Shown: piece after piece, positions 28,080 to 37,635 of the stretch
Layout: each line of letters begins with the position of its first letter
Position numbering within the stretch: the first letter of the stretch is position 1
Origin: a virus
Lineage: Duplodnaviria > Caudoviricetes
IMG/VR virus record: IMGVR_UViG_3300020172_002575
Coordinates: 1 to 54,276 of that record
Length of the DNA: 54,276 nt
Direction: 5' to 3' (one strand)
Notes under the pieces: model-generated
Told to the model about the DNA's origin: nothing
What the model saw: the letters and a program-made list of their open reading frames with translations, nothing else
The model's database searches: none
Program-made: the position numbers and the translations under genes

Positions 28080-29930
28080 ATGTTTATAAACGATATTTTT
28101 AACGATAACAACAAAAAATTAGACGAAGTCAGCAACGAATTGCTAGGTCGTTATAAAAAAGCCGCAGGTGCAGATGCAAGTGCAGCCGACAAGCGTGGCG
28201 ATGTTGAACAAGGTAATAAGAGATTCAAAGGCATTGTTAATGCCACTAAAAAAGAACTAGACAACGATGTCAAGCGTCATAAAAAATCACCCGTAGAAGA
28301 AAATGACCTTACTGTTCCTAAAGGGTGGGAAGCAAAAACTCAAGCAGATGGCAGTACACGCATATCCAAACAAGGTAGTATGTCCAGTGCCGATTATAAA
28401 CAGAACATAGCAGACTATAAAGCCAAGAACTGGACTCCAGAAAAAATAGCCGATTATTCTCAAAGAATGGCATCTGGTCAAGGATACACAGATGCAGAAA
28501 GATCTGCAAACTATCAACAACAACAAAAATCTTTTGGGCAGTATGCCGATACACCGTTAGACGAAGCAGAACCAACACATAATCAGCCGCGCACAGGTCT
28601 TTCTGCCGAACAAAGAGAACAGCTACGCAAAGATATAGATGCAGTTGATTACAATAAACAACAGCAGCCTCCTGCAGCTCCTTCCCGTGAACAAAAAGCA
28701 GACATACGCAAAGCCGTCAAAGCACAAGAAGTTAAAGAGCAAGGTGTGGCGGAAGGCTTGCCACAGACTCTACGCAAGGTTGTTCCAGGATATGCCAAGC
28801 GTGAAATTGATAAAAAGATGGATGCTGAAAAATTTGGTAGGACCGATGTAGATAGAGATGCTAATTACTATCGCTATAAAAAGATTCAAGACAAGATCAA
28901 AGAGCAAGGCATGGCGGAAGGCGGCTTTGATATTCCTGAAATTCCCAGAGCGCCACAACCAAGACCAGAACCCAAGAACAAAGCAGTAGGCGAAGGCTCA
29001 GTACAAGACAAACTACACCGGCGTCATCAAGAACTACGCAAGAAGTCGGGACTACCTGATCCCAACTACTACCAAGAGTTAAAAGCCACATACGATCTTC
29101 CTGATGAAGAAAGATACGCCAAGGCGGCTGAACTTAAAAAGAAATATCAAGTGAAAGAAGCACGCAAGGCTGAGGCCAATTTTGATGTGGAGGATCTAAA
29201 GCGTTTAGAACAAATTCGTGATTTACCTACACTTAAAGCACAGGCCATGGCATTGATCAGCAAACCAAGCGAAAGACCCATGAAGCCAGAAAAAGTTGCC
29301 TGGTTCGATGCTGCATTAGATCGCATGGACAACAGAATGGCCATTATCAAGCTCATGTATGATTTGTTATTAAGCGGCGAAGGACATCAAGTAATTGGTA
29401 GTAAGCGTAGCATGAATCCCAACAGCTACCGTAGCAGATTTGGTGAATCAACTATTACCAACGAAGACGTAGAACGATACGTAGAAGAACTAGAACGTGC
29501 TGGATATAAAATTCTTGAAGAAAAAACTAGATTAGATCCCAGCTGCTGGAAGGGTTATCGTAAGGCCGGCACTAAAATGAAAGGTGGTGTTCGAGTTAAT
29601 AACTGTGTGCCAGTCAAAAAAAAAGTAGATGAGTACGGCGCAGCAAACGGTCCTCCTAATCTAAACAAGTCTGATATCAAGCGCATGATGCCACCTGAGC
29701 CAGTAGCCGAACAAATTCCCACAATCACCGATACTGGGCCAAGAGAACAACCACACCCAGCAGCACAAACTTTAGATCTAGTACGAGGCTTAAAAAGATT
29801 GGCTGGCATTGACAAGTACGATGTTGAAAATGCAGTCAATCAAGAAATAACAAACGTTGTTCGTTCTCCACAAGATGCAAGCAGCAAAAACGTCAGTATT
29901 ATAAATCGTTTGTTTGGACCAAGGCAATAA
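28080..29930 (+). CDS. Putative modular head-internal polyprotein
   Basis: LDE/VEE/VKE/VAE/MAE/VGE junctions; CWKGY..GTK..VNNCVP module. Confidence 0.6.
   Translation: MFINDIFNDNNKKLDEVSNELLGRYKKAAGADASAADKRGDVEQGNKRFKGIVNATKKELDNDVKRHKKSPVEENDLTVPKGWEAKTQADGSTRISKQGSMSSADYKQNIADYKAKNWTPEKIADYSQRMASGQGYTDAERSANYQQQQKSFGQYADTPLDEAEPTHNQPRTGLSAEQREQLRKDIDAVDYNKQQQPPAAPSREQKADIRKAVKAQEVKEQGVAEGLPQTLRKVVPGYAKREIDKKMDAEKFGRTDVDRDANYYRYKKIQDKIKEQGMAEGGFDIPEIPRAPQPRPEPKNKAVGEGSVQDKLHRRHQELRKKSGLPDPNYYQELKATYDLPDEERYAKAAELKKKYQVKEARKAEANFDVEDLKRLEQIRDLPTLKAQAMALISKPSERPMKPEKVAWFDAALDRMDNRMAIIKLMYDLLLSGEGHQVIGSKRSMNPNSYRSRFGESTITNEDVERYVEELERAGYKILEEKTRLDPSCWKGYRKAGTKMKGGVRVNNCVPVKKKVDEYGAANGPPNLNKSDIKRMMPPEPVAEQIPTITDTGPREQPHPAAQTLDLVRGLKRLAGIDKYDVENAVNQEITNVVRSPQDASSKNVSIINRLFGPRQ
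28734..28922 (+). repeat. Imperfect 24-bp direct repeat (28734-28757 and 28899-28922)
   Basis: AAAGAGCAAGG(TG/CA)TGGCGGAAGGC, 22/24 identical; encodes KEQG(V/M)AEG. Confidence 0.85.
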
Positions 29931-30613
29931 TGAGTTTTTTAGTAGCCAATCTTCCACCGGTGCATTGTTATATACGTAAAGAATTTCTTTATGATTTCAA
30001 AAAAGGACATGGCGAATACGAACCTTGTATATGGGTTTCAATTAAAAGTATTCGTGGCCAAGCTTTTAGAATAGAATCTTACTTACCCAACTATGGCGCA
30101 CTTTATGACAAGCTACCTTTGCATGCGTATGTATCACGCACAGAGAATATTGACCACACAAAGTTTTTATCTCTAGACACATTGCAGATATGGGATTGTT
30201 TTGATTACAATATGGCAGTTATTCAAAAGTCATTTTTGAAAAATCTTTCTTGTAAATTTTATGCCAAAGACAAACAGATGTATTCGGGCAATTATCTGTT
30301 TACTGTGGATAATGCACACCCTGATCACAATCTAATAGATACCGGATACAGCGAATGGCCCGAGGATCATAAAAGTTTCAATTTTATTGAATTAAATAAT
30401 GGACAATATGCAGCACAACCAAACAATCGTTGTTTGTTTTTTGATGCTGCAAGCAATCCTGTTGATATGAAGTTTCCAGATTTTAAAGTAGCAACTAAGA
30501 AATGGGTAGTAGAGCAGAATCCAAAATGGCGTCTAGGTGATACTGATACAGTAATGTACGAGCGATCTGATCCCGACGACGAACATTATGGCAAAAGTCA
30601 AAAGTTTAAATAA
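29930..30613 (+). CDS. Hypothetical phage protein
   Basis: YGALYDKLP, QIWDCF and GQYAAQPNNR segments. Confidence 0.8.
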   Translation: MSFLVANLPPVHCYIRKEFLYDFKKGHGEYEPCIWVSIKSIRGQAFRIESYLPNYGALYDKLPLHAYVSRTENIDHTKFLSLDTLQIWDCFDYNMAVIQKSFLKNLSCKFYAKDKQMYSGNYLFTVDNAHPDHNLIDTGYSEWPEDHKSFNFIELNNGQYAAQPNNRCLFFDAASNPVDMKFPDFKVATKKWVVEQNPKWRLGDTDTVMYERSDPDDEHYGKSQKFK

Positions 30614-30632
30614 GTTTTCAAGGAGAGCAAAA

Positions 30633-30773
30633 ATGGCAGCAAAAAGCGGATCAAACAACAAAGTCAATTCAGTATTTAAACGTACAAGTCAAGGCGGTAA
30701 TCGTCCAAAAACTTCGTCAATGAGCAAAGTACAAAAACGCAATCACAAGGCTTATCGCGGCCAAGGTAGATAA
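30633..30773 (+). CDS. Small highly basic protein
   Basis: AAGGAG SD; ends KRNHKAYRGQGR. Confidence 0.72.
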   Translation: MAAKSGSNNKVNSVFKRTSQGGNRPKTSSMSKVQKRNHKAYRGQGR

Positions 30774-30796
30774 ATACTCTTATTAGGGTATCAGTC

Positions 30797-31231
30797 ATGG
30801 ATGAATTACAAAGAGCACTTAAAATAGCATTTGCAAGCGAGTTTGCTTTCTATTTGAAAGCGCATAACTTTCACTGGAACGTGGAAGGCCCAGCATTTCC
30901 GCAACTGCACGATTTATTTGGCAAAATATACGAAGAAGTATATGGCAGTATAGATATATTTGCTGAAGAAATTCGAGCCACTGGTGCATATACACCAGCA
31001 TCATTTACTAAGTTCAGTATACTGAGTCTAGTAGACGACGAAGTTGAAACTCTACCTGCTGAGTCAATGTTGGTAGAGCTACTAGAAGACAGTACCAAAA
31101 TGGAAGAAATGTTCAAGATAGTTTTTAGAGCAGCCGAGGAACTGGGCTTACACGGGTTGAGTGATTTCTTGGCCAGTCGTCAAGACGCCCACGCAAAACA
31201 TTCCTGGATGCTACGCAGTACACTTAAATAG
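30797..31231 (+). CDS. dps: Dps-family ferritin-like protein
   Basis: KAHNFHWNVEG..F..LH..F..YEE...D..AEEIR; TAAATA at 30771-30776. Confidence 0.92.
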   Translation: MDELQRALKIAFASEFAFYLKAHNFHWNVEGPAFPQLHDLFGKIYEEVYGSIDIFAEEIRATGAYTPASFTKFSILSLVDDEVETLPAESMLVELLEDSTKMEEMFKIVFRAAEELGLHGLSDFLASRQDAHAKHSWMLRSTLK

Positions 31232-31234
31232 TGT

Positions 31235-32389
31235 ATGACTGTTAAACTTGATACGGAGATTGGTTCCAATTTCTGTTATGCTCCGTGGACCAATATTCAC
31301 ATTAATACAACAGGAACTTATAAAACTTGTTGTGCCGGTACTAATGAGATTGGCGATTTACGAATAATTCCAATTCGTGATTTAATGTCAAAACAAAATC
31401 TAATAGATATTAAAAAATCAGTATATAATAATCAGCATCATAATAATTGTGCCATATGTGCAAGGCAAGAACAACATAGTTCGAACAGCGAACGTTCTTG
31501 GTATAACAACATAGCCAATAACGAATCAATTGAACTGAACAATATAGATCAAGCCAAACTTCAAAATCTTGACATTCGTTGGTCAAACACTTGTAATCTC
31601 AGTTGTGTGTATTGCGATCACGAAGCCAGTAGTCAATGGGCTAATCTTAAAAAACAACCAATTGATAGACTGGATTATTCAAACACTCTAACTGACATAC
31701 TTAATTTTATTGATGCTAATAAATCTACAATAAAAAATCTTGCTCTATTGGGCGGAGAACCATTATTACAAAAAGAAAATAGTCATCTATTAGACGTCAT
31801 TGACTCAAAGGTACACATTAATGTTATAACTAATTTAAGCGTTCCTCTTGAGAATAATAAAATATTCCATAAGTTATTAACTAAAGATAATGTTATGTGG
31901 GACATTAGTTTTGAAACTGTTGAAGATAAATTTGAATATGTAAGACATGGAAGCAGTTGGGATCTAATATTTAAAAACATAAAATTTTTAACTAATTCTA
32001 TTAAAGATAAACCACATCATTCAATAGGTATTACCAGTCAGTACAGTATATACAATGCTTTAACTTTATCAAGTTTACATGAATATTTCATTGATAATCA
32101 ACTTCCTACCATTCGTTGGAATGAACTTCATTACCCTAATATTTTAAGTGTTTCTAGTTTACCAAGACATCTATTAGAAGTAGCCAGATCTGAACTTTTT
32201 AAATCTGTTAAATATCATACTATGCCTGTTCAGAAAAAATTTCTGCAGGATATGGCCAATAGTTTAGAATTCATTCAATCAAGCAATACAGATTGCAAAG
32301 ATCTTTATGAATGGCACGAAATTCAGGAAAAAACTTATTGGCCGGATTCAAGATTAAAGTTTGCCAATTTATGGTCGGAGTTTAGATAA
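31235..32389 (+). CDS. Radical SAM protein with N-terminal twitch/SPASM-like domain
   Basis: CYAPW..TCC..CAIC, CNLSCVYC and GGEPLL motifs. Confidence 0.87.
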   Translation: MTVKLDTEIGSNFCYAPWTNIHINTTGTYKTCCAGTNEIGDLRIIPIRDLMSKQNLIDIKKSVYNNQHHNNCAICARQEQHSSNSERSWYNNIANNESIELNNIDQAKLQNLDIRWSNTCNLSCVYCDHEASSQWANLKKQPIDRLDYSNTLTDILNFIDANKSTIKNLALLGGEPLLQKENSHLLDVIDSKVHINVITNLSVPLENNKIFHKLLTKDNVMWDISFETVEDKFEYVRHGSSWDLIFKNIKFLTNSIKDKPHHSIGITSQYSIYNALTLSSLHEYFIDNQLPTIRWNELHYPNILSVSSLPRHLLEVARSELFKSVKYHTMPVQKKFLQDMANSLEFIQSSNTDCKDLYEWHEIQEKTYWPDSRLKFANLWSEFR

Positions 32390-32961
32390 TGATATTGGTT
32401 TATATTCATGGAGCAAATGCTACTAGTGAAAGTTTTAATTATATAAGAAAACACATTGGTGGTAATGACTTTATTATAAATTATGATAGTCGTAATGGAT
32501 TTCAGAAAAACTTAGAAGATATAGCAGATCAAATAAAAGACTTTGATAAAGTATTCTTTATATGTCATAGTCTAGGAGGTATCTATGCGTTGCATCTTGC
32601 AAACAAATTTCCCAAAATTGTAATTGGTGCGATTACTCTTAGTACGCCGTATGGCGGAGCAGAAGTTGCTGATGTAGCCAAATATTTTCTTCCATATAGT
32701 AGACTACTCAAAGACATTGGTCCTAATAGTTGGGCCATGCGAGAAGCAAGTAAAATTCATGTCCAACATCCTTGGTGCAATATTGTAACTGTAAAAGGAG
32801 ACACTCCCTGGGTAATGGGGAAAAACGACGGAGTAGTAACAATTTCAAGTCAAAAGCATCACGGTGAGGACATGGATCTAATAGACGTAGAATATAATCA
32901 TTATGAAGTGGTATTAAGTGATCAAGTTATTAAAATTATTCAAGAAAGATTACCAAAATGA
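32389..32961 (+). CDS. Alpha/beta hydrolase
   Basis: YIHG, CHSLGG nucleophile elbow, STPYGG, NDGVV, NH. Confidence 0.85.
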   Translation: MILVYIHGANATSESFNYIRKHIGGNDFIINYDSRNGFQKNLEDIADQIKDFDKVFFICHSLGGIYALHLANKFPKIVIGAITLSTPYGGAEVADVAKYFLPYSRLLKDIGPNSWAMREASKIHVQHPWCNIVTVKGDTPWVMGKNDGVVTISSQKHHGEDMDLIDVEYNHYEVVLSDQVIKIIQERLPK

Positions 32962-33137
32962 TAGGCGAAATGTTAGTATGGGGGTTTTTCAGTGCAATGG
33001 GTTGGATGACTGCCAATTGGGCTGTAGATAAAGTTATGCCGGAAAAGACAGAAACACAAGTGTGCAGCGAATGGCGAGAAGAACGTCAACCAGATGGCAC
33101 AGTACAACGGACTAGAACTTGTGAAACAAAAAAATAA
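32958..33137 (+). CDS. Small protein with N-terminal hydrophobic segment (59 aa, not in ORF track)
   Basis: ATGA-coupled; MIGEMLVWGFFSAMGW...C..C. Confidence 0.6.
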   Translation: MIGEMLVWGFFSAMGWMTANWAVDKVMPEKTETQVCSEWREERQPDGTVQRTRTCETKK

Positions 33138-33140
33138 GTC

Positions 33141-33212
33141 TTCACCTTAGGACCGTGAGGGCGCGGCTGCTGCGCTATCCAAAGGAGTCGTGCCCAGAGG
33201 ATTAAAGTGAGC
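33141..33212 (+). ncRNA. Candidate structured RNA element
   Basis: GC-rich intergenic island; GGGCGCGGCT/AGTCGTGCCC 10-bp stem inside an outer TTCAC/GTGAG stem. Confidence 0.5.
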
Positions 33213-33221
33213 AAATTTTAT

Positions 33222-33250
33222 TTGCATTTTTCTAATTTATAGTTTATACT
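33222..33250 (+). promoter_or_regulatory. Sigma70-type promoter
   Basis: TTGCAT, 17 bp spacer, TATACT. Confidence 0.65.
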
Positions 33251-33274
33251 AATCAAACTTATTCAGGAGATGTT

Positions 33275-33535
33275 ATGAGTTCAAGAATGTTCAGTTCAGA
33301 ACAAAAAGCCAAACTAACACAAATCATCAATGAAGGCATGACTATCATGCAAGAAGTTGAAGATCTCAATGCAGGTTTAAGTGATACTATCAAAGCAGTT
33401 GCAGAAGAAATGGAAATTAAACCGGCTATTCTAAAAAAAGCAATCAAGATTGCACATAAATCCAAACTAGGCGACGAAAACGCTGACAATGAAGAATTGA
33501 ATACTATTCTTCAAACCGTAGGCAAAACTCTTTGA
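33275..33535 (+). CDS. Small helical DNA-binding protein (T4 DsbA/GapR-like)
   Basis: Coiled coil then IKAVAEEMEIKPAILKKAIKIAH; AGGAG SD. Confidence 0.55.
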   Translation: MSSRMFSSEQKAKLTQIINEGMTIMQEVEDLNAGLSDTIKAVAEEMEIKPAILKKAIKIAHKSKLGDENADNEELNTILQTVGKTL

Positions 33536-33825
33536 TTGATGCTGTATCTGGTATACTATCATGGATAAAAGATGATTGGCGTAGTCATCCTTTGCGCTTT
33601 GTTGCCGAGCTGGTTGCTTGGAGTATTAGTCTTGGGTGTAGCATTATCATGGCTATCACCGTACCAGACCCTCCCTTCATGGTTCTTTATCCTATGTGGA
33701 TTACTGGCTGCGCTATCTATAGTTGGGCAGCTTATAGTCGTGGTAGTTTTGGGATGTTGGCTAACTACCTCTTGCTTACTGCCATCGATACTGTTGGCTT
33801 TATAAGAATACTTGGTAATGCTTGA
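33532..33825 (+). CDS. Small membrane protein
   Basis: About three hydrophobic helices. Confidence 0.7.
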   Translation: MIDAVSGILSWIKDDWRSHPLRFVAELVAWSISLGCSIIMAITVPDPPFMVLYPMWITGCAIYSWAAYSRGSFGMLANYLLLTAIDTVGFIRILGNA

Positions 33826-33952
33826 TATCTTTTTATCTATAATTGGCTATTGGGTAAGCGCAGGTATGTTCATTGCTGGGTTAATGTGGTTGGCGCTACG
33901 ATTTGCAATTGTTTGCGAGCAAATAGTTGACTTCTTCTTTACAAAAAAATAA
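33818..33952 (+). CDS. Small membrane peptide (44 aa, not in ORF track)
   Basis: Overlap-coupled hydrophobic ORF MLDIFLSIIGYW... Confidence 0.5.
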   Translation: MLDIFLSIIGYWVSAGMFIAGLMWLALRFAIVCEQIVDFFFTKK

Positions 33953-33955
33953 AAT
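33927..33955 (+). promoter_or_regulatory. Sigma70-type promoter for DNA polymerase (leaderless)
   Basis: TTGACT, 17 bp spacer, TAAAAT, then 6 nt to ATG; no SD. Confidence 0.68.
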
Positions 33956-33961
33956 ATATCT

Positions 33962-36625
33962 ATGAGCTATGTTGACGCATTATATGACCGTAATCAGGAT
34001 CGTATCCACATTGTTGAACGTGTCGGTGGTGAACGTGTATACAAGGAATACCCTGCCAACTATATCTTTTACTATGATGACCCTCGCGGTAAGTTCCGTA
34101 CTGTGTACGGTACTCCTGTTGCTAGGTTTTCAAGTCGCTCGAATAAAGAGTTTCAAAAAGAACTACGTATTAACTCTAACAAGCGTCTTTGGGAATCGGA
34201 TATCAATCCTGTATTCAGATGTTTGGAAGAGCACTACATTGGTGCCACCTCGCCTAAACTACAAACGGCATTTTTCGACATTGAGGTTGACTTTGACCCG
34301 GTAAGAGGCTTTAGTAAGCCAGAAGACCCTTTTAATCCTATCACTGCTATTTCGGTCTATCTTGATTGGATGGATAGGATGATTACCCTAGTAGTGCCAC
34401 CAAAGAGTTATAGTTGGGAAACTGCACAAGAAATTTGCAATCAATATGATAATTGTTTTTTATTTGAACGCGAAGAAGATCTACTCAGCACTTTTTTAGA
34501 TTTAATCGACGATGCGGACATATTAAGTGGTTGGAACTCAGAAGGATTTGATATTCCTTACATGGTCATGCGTATAACACGAGTATTGAACAAAGACGAT
34601 ACACGTAGATTTTGTCTTTGGGGGCAACTGCCCAAGCAAAGAACATTTGAACGCTTTGGTGCAGAAAACTTGACATTTGACTTGATTGGTCGTGTGCATA
34701 TGGACTATATGCAACTGTACCGCAAATACACCTATGAAGAACGCCACAGCTACAGCTTGGATGCCATTGGCGAATATGAACTAGATGAGCGTAAAACACA
34801 ATACGAAGGCACACTAGATCAGCTATACAACAAAGACTTTCCTAAGTTCATTGACTACAACAGGCAAGATACCATGCTTGTTGCTAAATTAGATAAGAAA
34901 CTGCGTTTCTTGGATCTAGCCAATGAACTTGCACACGATAATACTGTGCTGCTTCCTACTACAATGGGAGCAGTGGCAGTGACAGAGCAAGCAATTATTA
35001 ATGAAGCCCATCAACGTGGAATGGTAGTACCTAATAGGAAAGGAAGAGATGATCAAGGAGACACACAAGCAGCAGGTGCCTATGTTGCTTTCCCCAAAAA
35101 AGGCATGCACGACTGGATCGGAGCGATTGACATCAACTCGCTCTACCCGTCAGCGATCCGCGCTCTTAACATGGCACAAGAGTCAATCATCGGCCAACTT
35201 AGGCCAATAATGACCGATAGGTATATTCAAGACAAAATGACCGCAGGCAGCAGTTTTGCAGATGCATGGGAAAACATGTTTGGTAGTCTTGAATATACCG
35301 CTGTAATGAATGGTGAGCCAGGTACTGAAATTACAGTGGACTGGGAAGCTGATGGTCGCAGTGATGTTATGAGTGCAGCTGATGTATGGCGTATGATTTT
35401 TGACAGCAATCAACCTTGGATGCTAAGTGCCAACGGTACTATATTCAGTTATGAACAGAAGGCCGTTGTGCCTGGATTATTGGAGCGTTGGTATGCGGAA
35501 CGTAAGGAACTGCAAGCAAAGAAAAAAGAAGCAGCCACTGACGAGGACAAGGCCTTTTGGGACAAACGACAACTGGTCAAGAAAATTAACCTTAACAGCC
35601 TCTACGGGGCGATCCTTAACCCTGGATGTAGATTCTTCGACAAAAGGATTGGTCAAAGCACTACTCTTACTGGACGTATCATTGCTAGACACATGGATGC
35701 ATATATCAATGAGTGTATCTTCGGTGAGTATGACCATGTGGGTAAAAGTATTATCTATGGAGACACTGATAGCTGTTATTTCACAGCTTGGCCGGCAGTT
35801 AGAGATGAAGTTGAAGCAGGCCGTATGGAATGGAACAAAGACATCTGTGCCCAGCTCTACGATAGTATAGCAGATCAAGTCAATGACAGCTTTCCGGCTT
35901 TTATGGAACGAGCCTGTCATGTGCCAAGAGTCAATGGTGAACTTATCAAAGGCGGACGAGAACTGGTAGCCAGCAAAGGTTTGTTTATTAAAAAGAAACG
36001 CTATGCAGTTCTTATCTATGACTTAGAAGGCAATAGATTGGATACACATGGCAAGCCTGGTAAAGTCAAAGCCATGGGTCTTGACCTAAAGCGTAGTGAT
36101 ACTCCCAAGGTTGTGCAAGACTTCTTGAGTGAATTATTAACTGCTGTGCTAACTGGTGCCGCAAAGGAAGAAATATATGATCGAGTACGTGAGTTTAAAA
36201 TTGCATTCCAAGACAGACCTGCTTGGGAAAAAGGTACTCCTAAACGTGTGAACAACTTGACCAAGTATGGCAAGGAAGAAGAACGTCTAGGTCGTGCCAA
36301 CATGCCTGGACATGTACGTGCTGCACTTAATTGGAATAACTTACGTAGGATGCATGGTGATCAGTACAGCATGGCCATTGTTGATGGTATGAAAACCATT
36401 GTATGTAAACTAAAAGATAATGCACTTGGTTATACCAGTGTAGGCTATCCCACAGACGAAAGTCATATTCCAAATTGGTTTAAAGAATTACCATTTGATG
36501 ACAGTTTGATGGAAGCTACCATTGTGGATCAAAAGGTAGAAAACTTACTAGGTGTGTTGGAGTGGGATATTCCAAGTTATACCGATATCAAAACAACATT
36601 TGACAGCTTGTTTACGTTTGAATAA
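33962..36625 (+). CDS. Family B DNA polymerase (T4 gp43-like)
   Basis: Exonuclease FDIE, WNSEGFD and YNRQD; polymerase DINSLYPS, KINLNSLYG, YGDTDS and KKRY. Confidence 0.97.
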   Translation: MSYVDALYDRNQDRIHIVERVGGERVYKEYPANYIFYYDDPRGKFRTVYGTPVARFSSRSNKEFQKELRINSNKRLWESDINPVFRCLEEHYIGATSPKLQTAFFDIEVDFDPVRGFSKPEDPFNPITAISVYLDWMDRMITLVVPPKSYSWETAQEICNQYDNCFLFEREEDLLSTFLDLIDDADILSGWNSEGFDIPYMVMRITRVLNKDDTRRFCLWGQLPKQRTFERFGAENLTFDLIGRVHMDYMQLYRKYTYEERHSYSLDAIGEYELDERKTQYEGTLDQLYNKDFPKFIDYNRQDTMLVAKLDKKLRFLDLANELAHDNTVLLPTTMGAVAVTEQAIINEAHQRGMVVPNRKGRDDQGDTQAAGAYVAFPKKGMHDWIGAIDINSLYPSAIRALNMAQESIIGQLRPIMTDRYIQDKMTAGSSFADAWENMFGSLEYTAVMNGEPGTEITVDWEADGRSDVMSAADVWRMIFDSNQPWMLSANGTIFSYEQKAVVPGLLERWYAERKELQAKKKEAATDEDKAFWDKRQLVKKINLNSLYGAILNPGCRFFDKRIGQSTTLTGRIIARHMDAYINECIFGEYDHVGKSIIYGDTDSCYFTAWPAVRDEVEAGRMEWNKDICAQLYDSIADQVNDSFPAFMERACHVPRVNGELIKGGRELVASKGLFIKKKRYAVLIYDLEGNRLDTHGKPGKVKAMGLDLKRSDTPKVVQDFLSELLTAVLTGAAKEEIYDRVREFKIAFQDRPAWEKGTPKRVNNLTKYGKEEERLGRANMPGHVRAALNWNNLRRMHGDQYSMAIVDGMKTIVCKLKDNALGYTSVGYPTDESHIPNWFKELPFDDSLMEATIVDQKVENLLGVLEWDIPSYTDIKTTFDSLFTFE

Positions 36626-36651
36626 ATATATGCACATAATGGTGCTTTTCG

Positions 36652-37584
36652 ATGAACTTGTCCGAGCTTGTAAACTTACGCAACCAACTAGCCAAAGTGT
36701 TAGATATCTCGATTATTCAAAACGAAATTGAAGCAAATTATTTACGTCTACAAAGACTATCAACTGGTATAGACCAAGATATTTCAAATAAAATCGTCGA
36801 AGTAGCACAAGATCACAGAAATAAGCAAATCTTTTTCGCTCAGGATACAGAAAAACTTTTATCTATATACAACGAAGTTCAAGAAAAAATTACATTACTA
36901 TCAAGTAAATTTTTTCAAGAAAATTATCAATTTGAACTAAAGCATGTTAGCCCAGAGTTTATTCGTAAAGTAAGAGTAATGCCCCACAGTGAGGAATTTG
37001 TTGAGTTAATACGCCAAAAAATTAACTTATATAGTAATTGGAAATATCCTGCTTTAGAAATTGGATGTAGAGATGGCGAATGGACAAAATTATTAGTCGC
37101 AAGTGATCCCCTTTACATAGCAGATGTATTTCCTGAATTTTTAAACTCAGCCGTTAGTCAATTTCCAGAATCGTATCAAGGGCGAGTCAGGAAGTATCTT
37201 ATAAATGATTTTTATAAAATCAACAATCTTCCAAAAAATCAATTTGGGTTAATTTTTAGTTTTAATTTTTTCAATTATCTCAGTGTTGACAGTATTAAAC
37301 AACTTTTAATTAAAGCCATGGAATGGTTAAGACCAGGCGGAACCATTATTTTTACTTACAACAATGCTGATATTTCAATGTCAGCAGGATTGGCCGAAAG
37401 TTATTTTATGACTTATGTGCCCGAGTCTATTCTTGTTCCGATGGCTGAAAGCATAGGATTTGAAACAATTGCTACCCATAATATGGAACCATCACATTCT
37501 TTTGTCGAATTTAAAAAACGCGGTACTTTAAATTCTGTCAAAGCTTCTCAAGCACTTGGTGAAATAAAAAATATTATCCATTGA
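36652..37584 (+). CDS. Class I SAM-dependent methyltransferase with N-terminal coiled coil
   Basis: LEIGCRDG and WLRPGG motifs; TAAATA at 36623-36628. Confidence 0.72.
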   Translation: MNLSELVNLRNQLAKVLDISIIQNEIEANYLRLQRLSTGIDQDISNKIVEVAQDHRNKQIFFAQDTEKLLSIYNEVQEKITLLSSKFFQENYQFELKHVSPEFIRKVRVMPHSEEFVELIRQKINLYSNWKYPALEIGCRDGEWTKLLVASDPLYIADVFPEFLNSAVSQFPESYQGRVRKYLINDFYKINNLPKNQFGLIFSFNFFNYLSVDSIKQLLIKAMEWLRPGGTIIFTYNNADISMSAGLAESYFMTYVPESILVPMAESIGFETIATHNMEPSHSFVEFKKRGTLNSVKASQALGEIKNIIH

Positions 37585-37609
37585 CTTGTCTAAATAGATT
37601 TGTTAAACT
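37581..37609 (+). promoter_or_regulatory. Sigma70-type promoter with TAAATA in its spacer
   Basis: TTGACT, 17 bp spacer, TAAACT; TAAATA at 37591-37596. Confidence 0.6.
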
Positions 37610-37635
37610 AACAATCATTAATATTGGAGATCTAA

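Noticed and set aside
33962-36625. Intron or intein in the DNA polymerase
   Set aside because: The ORF is continuous at 887 aa, typical for gp43-like enzymes, with no splicing or homing-endonuclease motifs visible.
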